From Auanema rhodensis (lineage: Eukaryota; Animalia; Nematoda), in the NCBI GenBank assembly GCA_964057225.1, contig OZ059897.1, forward strand, positions 1-64,000: DNA of 64,000 nucleotides. Reading direction: 5' to 3'. Below are positions 1 to 10,653 of the stretch, one piece after another. The notes beneath the pieces were generated by a model. It was not told the DNA's origin, ran no database searches, and was given only the letters and a program-made list of their open reading frames with translations. The translations under genes and the position numbers were made by a program. Every line of letters starts with the position of its first letter. The first letter of the stretch is position 1.

Positions 1-176
1 TCACGTGAAGCGAGTTACATACCAAGTGCACATCACGTGTACATTTAATTAGCATAAATTAAAGTTCACGTAAATTTCAAAGTCATGGTTACCATGAACC
101 AATATCAATAAAAATTTGTTTTTAGACTAATATGGACATGGGGAATCTAATTTTGAAAACCGCATCTCTTTATCTT
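1..176 (+). repeat. Representative consensus-type monomer (176 bp, 56/176 G+C, 5 CpG)
   Basis: TCACGTGAAGCGAGTTACATACCAAGTGCACATCACGTGTACATTTAATTAGCATAAATTAAAGTTCACGTAAATTTCAAAGTCATGGTTACCATG(A/C)ACCAATATCAATAAAAATTTGTTTTTAGACTAATATGGACATGGGGAATCTAATTTTGAAAACCGCATCTCTTTATCTT. The start phase is arbitrary. Confidence 0.98.
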
Positions 177-3100
177 TCACGTGAAGCGAGTTACATACCA
201 AGTGCACATCACGTGTACATTTAATTAGCATAAATTAAAGTTCACGTAAATTTCAAAGTCATGGTTACCATGAACCAATATCAATAAAAATTTGTTTTTA
301 GACTAATATGGACATGAGGAATCTAATTTTGAAAACCGCATCTCTTTATCTTTCACGTGAAGCGAGTTACATACCAAGTGCACATCACGTGTACATTTAA
401 TTAGCATAAATTAAAGTTCACGTAAATTTCAAAGTCATGGTTACCATGAACCAATATCAATAAAAATTTGTTTTTAGAATAATATGGACATGGGGAATCT
501 AATTTTCAAAACAGCATCTCTTTATCTTTCACGTGAAGCGAGTTACATACCAAGTGCACATCACGTGTACATTTAATTAGCATAAATTAAAGTTCACGTA
601 AATTTCAAAGTCATGGTTACCATGCACCAATATCAATAAAAATTTGTTTTTAGACTAATATGGACATGGGAAATTTAATTTTGAAAACCGCATCTCTTTA
701 TCTTTCACGTGAAGCGAGTTACATACCAAGTGCACATCACGTGTACATTTAATTAGCATAAATTGAAGTTCACGTAAATTTCAAAGTCATGGTTACCATG
801 AACCAATATCAATAAAAATTTGTTTTTAGACTAATATGGACATGGGGAATCTAATTTTGAAAACCGCATCTCTTTATCTTTCACGTGAAGCGAGTTACAT
901 ACCAAGTGCACATCACGTGTACATTTAATTAGCATAAATTAAAGTTCACGTAAATTTCAAAGTCATGGTTACCATGCACCAATATCAATAAAAATTTGTT
1001 TTTAGACTAATATGGACATGGGGAATCTAATTTTGAAAACCGCATCTCTTTATCTTTCACGTGAAGCGAGTTACATACCAAGTGAACATCACGTGTACAT
1101 TTAATTAGCATAAATTAAAGTTCACGTAAATTTCAAAGTCATGGTTACCATGCACCAATATCAATAAAAATTTGTTTTTAGACTAATATGGACATAGGGA
1201 ATCTAATTTTGAAAACCGCATCTCTTCATCTTTCACGTGAAGCGAGTTACATACCAAGTGCACATCACGTGTACATTTAATTAGCATAAATTGAAGTTCA
1301 CGTAAATTTCAAAGTCATGGTTACCATGAACCAATATCAATAAAAATTTGTTTTTAGACTAATATGGACATGGGGAATCTAATTTTGAAAACCGCATCTC
1401 TTTATCTTTCACGTGAAGCGAGTTACATACCAAGTGCACATCACGTGTACATTTAATTAGCATAAATTAAAGTTCACGTAAATTTCAAAGTCATGGTTAC
1501 CATGAACCAATATCAATAAAAATTTGTTTTTAGACTAATATGGACATGGGAAATTCAATTTTGAAAACCGCATCTTTTTATCTTTTACGTGAAGCGAGTT
1601 ACATACCAAGTGCACATCACGTGTACATTTAATTAGCATAAATTAAAGTTCACGTAAATTTCAAAGTCATGGTTACCATGAACCAATATCAATAAAAATT
1701 TGTTTTTAGACTAATATGGACATGGGAAATTCAATTTTGAAAACCGCATCTTTTTATCTTTTACGTGAAGCGAGTTACATACCAAGTGCACATCACGTGT
1801 ACATTTAATTAGCATAAATTAAAGTTCACGTAAATTTCAAAGTCATGGTTACCATGCACCAATATCAATAAAAATTTGTTTTTAGACTAATATGGACATG
1901 GGAAATCTAATTTTGAAAACCGCATCTCTTTATCTTTCACGTGAAGCGAGTTACATACCAAGTGCACATCACGTGTACATTTAATTAGCATAAATTAAAG
2001 TTCACGTAAATTTCAAAGTCATGGTTACCATGAACCAATATCAATAAAAATTTGTTTTTAGACTAATATGGACATGGGGAATCTAATTTTCAAAACAGCA
2101 TCTCTTTATCTTTCACGTGAAGCGAGTTACATACCAAGTGCACATCACGTGTACATTTAATTAGCATAAATTGAAGTTCACGTAAATTTCAAAGTCATGG
2201 TTACCATGAACCAATATCAATAAAAATTTGTTTTTAGACTAATATGGACATGGGGAATCTAATTTTGAAATCCGCATCTCTTTATCTTTCACGTGAAGCG
2301 AGTTACATACCAAGTGCACATCACGTGTACATTTAATTAGCATAAATTAAAGTTCACGTAAATTTCAAAGTCATGGTTACCATGCACCAATATCAATAAA
2401 AATTTGTTTTTAGACTAATATGGACATAGGGAATCTAATTTTGAAAACCGCATCTCTTTATCTTTCACGTGAAGCGAGTTACATACCAAGTGAACATCAC
2501 GTGTACATTTAATTAGCATAAATTAAAGTTCACGTAAATTTCAAAGTCATGGTTACCATGCACCAATATCAATAAAAATTTGTTTTTAGACTAATATGGA
2601 CATAGGGAATCTAATTTTGAAAACCGCATCTCTTCATCTTTCACGTGAAGCGAGTTACATACCAAGTGCACATCACGTGTACATTTAATTAGCATAAATT
2701 GAAGTTCACGTAAATTTCAAAGTCATGGTTACCATGAACCAATATCAATAAAAATTTGTTTTTAGACTAATATGGACATGGGGAATCTAATTTTGAAAAC
2801 CGCATCTCTTTATCTTTCACGTGAAGCGAGTTACATACCAAGTGCACATCACGTGTACATTTAATTAGCATAAATTAAAGTTCACGTAAATTTCAAAGTC
2901 ATGGTTACCATGAACCAATATCAATAAAAATTTGTTTTTAGACTAATATGGACATGAGGAATCTAATTTTGAAAACCGCATCTCTTTATCTTTCACGTGA
3001 AGCGAGTTACATACCAAGTGCACATCACGTGTACATTTAATTAGCATAAATTAAAGTTCACGTAAATTTCAAAGTCATGGTTACCATGCACCAATATCAA

Positions 3101-6100
3101 TAAAAATTTGTTTTTAGACTAATATGCACATGGGAAATTCAATTTTGAAAACCGCATCTCTTCATCTTTCACGTGAAGCGAGTTACATACCAAGTGCACA
3201 TCACGTGTACATTTAATTAGCATAAATTAAAGTTCACGTAAATTTCAAAGTCATGGTTACCATGCACCAATATCAATAAAAATTTGTTTTTAGACTAATA
3301 TGGACATAGGGAATCTAATTTTGAAAACCGCATCTCTTCATCTTTCACGTGAAGCGAGTTACATACCAAGTGCACATCACGTGTACATTTAATTAGCATA
3401 AATTGAAGTTCACGTAAATTTCAAAGTCATGGTTACCATGAACCAATATCAATAAAAATTTGTTTTTAGACTAATATGGACATGGGGAATCTAATTTTGA
3501 AAACCGCATCTCTTTATCTTTCACGTGAAGCGAGTTACATACCAAGTGCACATCACGTGTACATTTAATTAGCATAAATTAAAGTTCACGTAAATTTCAA
3601 AGTCATGGTTACCATGAACCAATATCAATAAAAATTTGTTTTTAGACTAATATGGACATGGGAAATTCAATTTTGAAAACCGCATCTTTTTATCTTTTAC
3701 GTGAAGCGAGTTACATACCAAGTGCACATCACGTGTACATTTAATTAGCATAAATTAAAGTTCACGTAAATTTCAAAGTCATGGTTACCATGAACCAATA
3801 TCAATAAAAATTTGTTTTTAGACTAATATGGACATGGGAAATTCAATTTTGAAAACCGCATCTTTTTATCTTTTACGTGAAGCGAGTTACATACCAAGTG
3901 CACATCACGTGTACATTTAATTAGCATAAATTAAAGTTCACGTAAATTTCAAAGTCATGGTTACCATGCACCAATATCAATAAAACTTTGTTTTTAGACT
4001 AATATGGACATGGGAAATCTAATTTTGAAAACCGCATCTCTTTATCTTTCACGTGAAGCGAGTTACATACCAAGTGCACATCACGTGTACATTTAATTAG
4101 CATAAATTAAAGTTCACGTAAATTTCAAAGTCATGGTTACCATGAACCAATATCAATAAAAATTTATTTTTAGACTAATATGGACATAGGGAATCTAATT
4201 TTGAAAACCGCATCTCTTCATCTTTCACGTGAAGCGAGTTACATACCAAGTGCACATCACGTGTACATTTAATTAGCATAAATTAAAGTTCACGTAAATT
4301 TCAAAGTCATGGTTACCATGAACCAATATCAATAAAAATTTGTTTTTAGACTAATATGGACATAGGGAATCTAATTTTGAAAACCGCATCTCTTCATCTT
4401 TCACGTGAAGCGAGTTACATACCAAGTGCACATCACGTGTACATTTAATTAGCATAAATTAAAGTTCACGTAAATTTCAAAGTCATGGTTACCATGAACC
4501 AATATCAATAAAAATTTGTTTTTAGACTAATATGGACATGGGGAATCTAATTTTGAAAACCGCATCTCTTTATCTTTCACGTGAAGCGAGTTACATACCA
4601 AGTGCACATCACGTGTACATTTAATTAGCATAAATTAAAGTTCACGTAAATTTCAAAGTCATGGTTACCATGAACCAATATCAATAAAAATTTGTTTTTA
4701 GACTAATATGGACATGAGGAATCTAATTTTGAAAACCGCATCTCTTTATCTTTCACGTGAAGCGAGTTACATACCAAGTGCACATCACGTGTACATTTAA
4801 TTAGCATAAATTAAAGTTCACGTAAATTTCAAAGTCATGGTTACCATGAACCAATATCAATAAAAATTTGTTTTTAGACTAATATGGACATGGGGAATCT
4901 AATTTTCAAAACAGCATCTCTTTATCTTTCACGTGAAGCGAGTTACATACCAAGTGCACATCACGTGTACATTTAATTAGCATAAATTAAAGTTCACGTA
5001 AATTTCAAAGTCATGGTTACCATGCACCAATATCAATAAAAATTTGTTCTTAGACTAATATGGACATGGGAAATTTAATTTTGAAAACCGCATCTCTTTA
5101 TCTTTCACGTGAAGCGAGTTACATACCAAGTGCACATCACGTGTACATTTAATTAGCATAAATTGAAGTTCACGTAAATTTCAAAGTCATGGTTACCATG
5201 AACCAATATCAATAAAAATTTGTTTTTAGACTAATATGGACATGGGGAATCTAATTTTGAAATCCGCATCTCTTTATCTTTCACGTGAAGCGAGTTACAT
5301 ACCAAGTGCACATCACGTGTACATTTAATTAGCATAAATTAAAGTTCACGTAAATTTCAAAGTCATGGTTACCATGCACCAATATCAATAAAAATTTGTT
5401 TTTAGACTAATATGGACATAGGGAATCTAATTTTGAAAACCGCATCTCTTTATCTTTCACGTGAAGCGAGTTACATACCAAGTGAACATCACGTGTACAT
5501 TTAATTAGCATAAATTAAAGTTCACGTAAATTTCAAAGTCATGGTTACCATGCACCAATATCAATAAAAATTTGTTTTTAGACTAATATGGACATAGGGA
5601 ATCTAATTTTGAAAACCGCATCTCTTCATTTTTCACGTGAAGCGAGTTACATACCAAGTGCACATCACGTGTACATTTAATTAGCATAAATTGAAGTTCA
5701 CGTAAATTTCAAAGTCATGGTTACCATGAACCAATATCAATAAAAATTTGTTTTTAGACTAATATGGACATGGGGAATCTAATTTTGAAAACCGCATCTC
5801 TTTATCTTTCACGTGAAGCGAGTTACATACCAAGTGCACATCACGTGTACATTTAATTAGCATAAATTAAAGTTCACGTAAATTTCAAAGTCATGGTTAC
5901 CATGAACCAATATCAATAAAAATTTGTTTTTAGACTAATATGGACATGAGGAATCTAATTTTGAAAACCGCATCTCTTTATCTTTCACGTGAAGCGAGTT
6001 ACATACCAAGTGCACATCACGTGTACATTTAATTAGCATAAATTAAAGTTCACGTAAATTTCAAAGTCATGGTTACCATGAACCAATATCAATAAAAATT

Positions 6101-6715
6101 TGTTTTTAGACTAATATGGACATGGGGAATCTAATTTTGAAAACCGCATCTCTTTATCTTTCACGTGAAGCGAGTTACATACCAAGTGCACATCACGTGT
6201 ACATTTAATTAGCATAAATTAAAGTTCACGTAAATTTCAAAGTCATGGTTACCATGAACCAATATCAATAAAAATTTGTTTTTAGACTAATATGGACATG
6301 GGGAATCTAATTTTGAAAACCGCATCTCTTTATCTTTCACGTGAAGCGAGTTACATACCAAGTGCACATCACGTGTACATTTAATTAGCATAAATTAAAG
6401 TTCACGTAAATTTCAAAGTCATGGTTACCATGAACCAATATCAATAAAAATTTGTTTTTAGACTAATATGGACATGAGGAATCTAATTTTGAAAACCGCA
6501 TCTCTTTATCTTTCACGTGAAGCGAGTTACAAACCAAGTGCACATCACGTGTACATTTAATTAGCATAAATTAAAGTTCACGTAAATTTCAAAGTCATGG
6601 TTACCATGAACCAATATCAATAAAAATTTGTTTTTAGACTAATATGGACATGGGGAATCTAATTTTCAAAACAGCATCTCTTTATCTTTCACGTGAAGCG
6701 AGTTACATACCAAGT

Positions 6716-9700
6716 GCACATCACGTGTACATTTAATTAGCATAAATTAAAGTTCACGTAAATTTCAAAGTCATGGTTACCATGCACCAATATCAATAAA
6801 AATTTGTTTTTAGACTAATATGGACATGGGAAATTTAATTTTGAAAACCGCATCTCTTTATCTTTCACGTGAAGCGAGTTACATACCAAGTGCACATCAC
6901 GTGTACATTTAATTAGCATAAATTGAAGTTCACGTAAATTTCAAAGTCATGGTTACCATGAACCAATATCAATAAAAATTTGTTTTTAGACTAATATGGA
7001 CATGGGGAATCTAATTTTGAAAACCGCATCTCTTTATCTTTCACGTGAAGCGAGTTACATACCAAGTGCACATCACGTGTACATTTAATTAGCATAAATT
7101 AAAGTTCACGTAAATTTCAAAGTCATGGTTACCATGCACCAATATCAATAAAAATTTGTTTTTAGACTAATATGGACATGGGGAATCTAATTTTGAAAAC
7201 CGCATCTCTTTATCTTTCACGTGAAGCGAGTTACATACCAAGTGAACATCACGTGTACATTTAATTAGCATAAATTAAAGTTCACGTAAATTTCAAAGTC
7301 ATGGTTACCATGCACCAATATCAATAAAAATTTGTTTTTAGACTAATATGGACATAGGGAGTCTAATTTTGAAAACCGCATCTCTTCATCTTTCACGTGA
7401 AGCGAGTTACATACCAAGTGCACATCACGTGTACATTTAATTAGCATAAATTGAAGTTCACGTAAATTTCAAAGTCATGGTTACCATGAACCAATATCAA
7501 TAAAAATTTGTTTTTAGACTAATATGGACATGGGGAATCTAATTTTGAAAACCGCATCTCTTTATCTTTCACGTGAAGCGAGTTACATACCAAGTGCACA
7601 TCACGTGTACATTTAATTAGCATAAATTAAAGTTCACGTAAATTTCAAAGTCATGGTTACCATGAAGCAATATCAATAAAAATTTGTTTTTAGACTAATA
7701 TGGACATGAGGAATCTAATTTTGAAAACCGCATCTCTTTATCTTTCACGTGAAGCGAGTTACATACCAAGTGCACATCACGTGTACATTTAATTAGCATA
7801 AATTAAAGTTCACGTAAATTTCAAAGTCATGGTTACCATGAACCAATATCAATAAAAATTTGTTTTTAGACTAATATGGACATGGGGAATCTAATTTTGA
7901 AAACCGCATCTCTTTATCTTTCACGTGAAGCGAGTTACATACCAAGTGCACATCACGTGTACATTTAATTAGCATAAATTAAAGTTCACGTAAATTTCAA
8001 AGTCATGGTTACCATGCACCAATATCAATAAAAATTTGTTTTTAGACTAATATGGACATGGGAAATTTAATTTTGAAAACCGCATCTCTTTATCTTTCAC
8101 GTGAAGCGAGTTACATACCAAGTGCACATCACGTGTACATTTAATTAGCATAAATTAAAGTTCACGTAAATTTCAAAGTCATGGTTACCATGCACCAATA
8201 TCAATAAAAATTTGTTTTTAGACTAATATGGACATGGGGAATCTAATTTTGAAAACCGCATCTCTTTATCTTTCACGTGAAGCTAGTTACATACCAAGGG
8301 CACATCACGTGTACATTTAATTAGCATAAATTAAAGTTCACGTAAATTTCAAAGTCATGGTTACCATGCACCAATATCAATAAAAATTTGTTTTTAGACT
8401 AATATGGACATGGGGAATCTAATTTTGAAAACCGCATCTCTTTATCTTTCACGTGAAGCGAGTTACATACCAATGCACATCACGTGTACTTTTAATTAGC
8501 ATAAATTAAAGTTCACGTAAATTTCAAAGTCATGGTTACCATGAACCAATATCAATAAAAATTTGTTTTTAGACTAATATGGACATGGGGAATCTAATTT
8601 TGATAACCGCATCTCTTTATCTTTCACGTGAAGCGAGTTACATACCAAGGGCACATCACGTGTACATTTAATTAGCATAAATTAAAGTTCACGTAAATTT
8701 CAAAGTCATGGTTACCATGCACCAATATCAATAAAAATTTGTTTTTAGACTAATATGGACATGGGAAATTTAATTTTGAAAACCGCATCTCTTTATCTTT
8801 CACGTGAAGCGAGTTACATACCAAGTGCACATCACGTGTACATTTAATTAGCATAAATTGAAGTTCACGTAAATTTCAAAGTCATGGTTACCATGAACCA
8901 ATATCAATAAAAATTTGTTTTTAGACTAATATGGACATGGGGAATCTAATTTTGAAAACCGCATCTCTTTATCTTTCACGTGAAGCGAGTTACATACCAA
9001 GTGCACATCACGTGTACATTTAATTAGCATAAATTAAAGTTCACGTAAATTTCAAAGTCATGGTTACCATGCACCAATATCAATAAAAATTTGTTTTTAG
9101 ACTAATATGGACATGGGGAATCTAATTTTGAAAACCGCATCTCTTTATCTTTCACGTGAAGCGAGTTACATACCAAGTGAACATCACGTGTACATTTAAT
9201 TAGCATAAATTAAAGTTCACGTAAATTTCAAAGTCATGGTTACCATGCACCAATATCAATAAAAATTTGTTTTTAGACTAATATGGACATAGGGAGTCTA
9301 ATTTTGAAAACCGCATCTCTTCATCTTTCACGTGAAGCGAGTTACATACCAAGTGCACATCACGTGTACATTTAATTAGCATAAATTGAAGTTCACGTAA
9401 ATTTCAAAGTCATGGTTACCATGAACCAATATCAATAAAAATTTGTTTTTAGACTAATATGGACATGGGGAATCTAATTTTGAAAACCGCATCTCTTTAT
9501 CTTTCACGTGAAGCGAGTTACATACCAAGTGCACATCACGTGTACATTTAATTAGCATAAATTAAAGTTCACGTAAATTTCAAAGTCATGGTTACCATGA
9601 AGCAATATCAATAAAAATTTGTTTTTAGACTAATATGGACATGAGGAATCTAATTTTGAAAACCGCATCTCTTTATCTTTCACGTGAAGCGAGTTACATA

Positions 9701-10653
9701 CCAAGTGCACATCACGTGTACATTTAATTAGCATAAATTAAAGTTCACGTAAATTTCAAAGTCATGGTTACCATGAACCAATATCAATAAAAATTTGTTT
9801 TTAGACTAATATGGACATGGGGAATCTAATTTTGAAAACCGCATCTCTTTATCTTTCACGTGAAGCGAGTTACATACCAAGTGCACATCACGTGTACATT
9901 TAATTAGCATAAATTAAAGTTCACGTAAATTTCAAAGTCATGGTTACCATGCACCAATATCAATAAAAATTTGTTTTTAGACTAATATGGACATGGGAAA
10001 TTTAATTTTGAAAACCGCATCTCTTTATCTTTCACGTGAAGCGAGTTACATACCAAGTGCACATCACGTGTACATTTAATTAGCATAAATTAAAGTTCAC
10101 GTAAATTTCAAAGTCATGGTTACCATGCACCAATATCAATAAAAATTTGTTTTTAGACTAATATGGACATGGGGAATCTAATTTTGAAAACCGCATCTCT
10201 TTATCTTTCACGTGAAGCTAGTTACATACCAAGGGCACATCACGTGTACATTTAATTAGCATAAATTAAAGTTCACGTAAATTTCAAAGTCATGGTTACC
10301 ATGCACCAATATCAATAAAAATTTGTTTTTAGACTAATATGGACATGGGGAATCTAATTTTGAAAACCGCATCTCTTTATCTTTCACGTGAAGCGAGTTA
10401 CATACCAATGCACATCACGTGTACTTTTAATTAGCATAAATTAAAGTTCACGTAAATTTCAAAGTCATGGTTACCATGAACCAATATCAATAAAAATTTG
10501 TTTTTAGACTAATATGGACATGGGGAATCTAATTTTGATAACCGCATCTCTTTATCTTTCACGTGAAGCGAGTTACATACCAAGGGCACATCACGTGTAC
10601 ATTTAATTAGCATAAATTAAAGTTCACGTAAATTTCAAAGTCATGGTTACCAT
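6716..10653 (+). repeat. Tandem duplication of an 11-monomer block (1935-bp period); ends approximate
   Basis: Rare variants recur 1935 bp (11x176-1) apart: GGGAGTCTA 7361/9296, 1-bp-deletion CAATGCAC 8471/10406 and TGATAACC 8601/10536. GAAGCAAT and GAAGCTAG do the same. Confidence 0.9.

Noticed and set aside
107-112. AATAAA polyadenylation signal in each monomer
   Set aside because: It is expected by chance in 68% AT DNA, and there is no transcript context.
32-165. Budding-yeast point-centromere layout (ATCACGTG like CDEI, then TGTTTTT about 78 bp later)
   Set aside because: The intervening DNA is far below the more than 90% AT of CDEII, the CDEIII TTCCGAA core is absent, and point centromeres are not tandem arrays.
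1-176. Identification as a named 171-180-bp satellite (Brassica CentBr, Arabidopsis CEN178, primate alpha satellite, honeybee AluI)
   Set aside because: Only the length is similar. I recognise no sequence match, and the consensus lacks AAGCTT and AGCT sites. A database search is needed.
1-176. 5S rDNA, tRNA or snRNA tandem gene unit, or telomeric repeat
   Set aside because: There is no recognisable RNA-gene sequence, Pol III internal promoter boxes or telomere motif, and the unit is too AT-rich.
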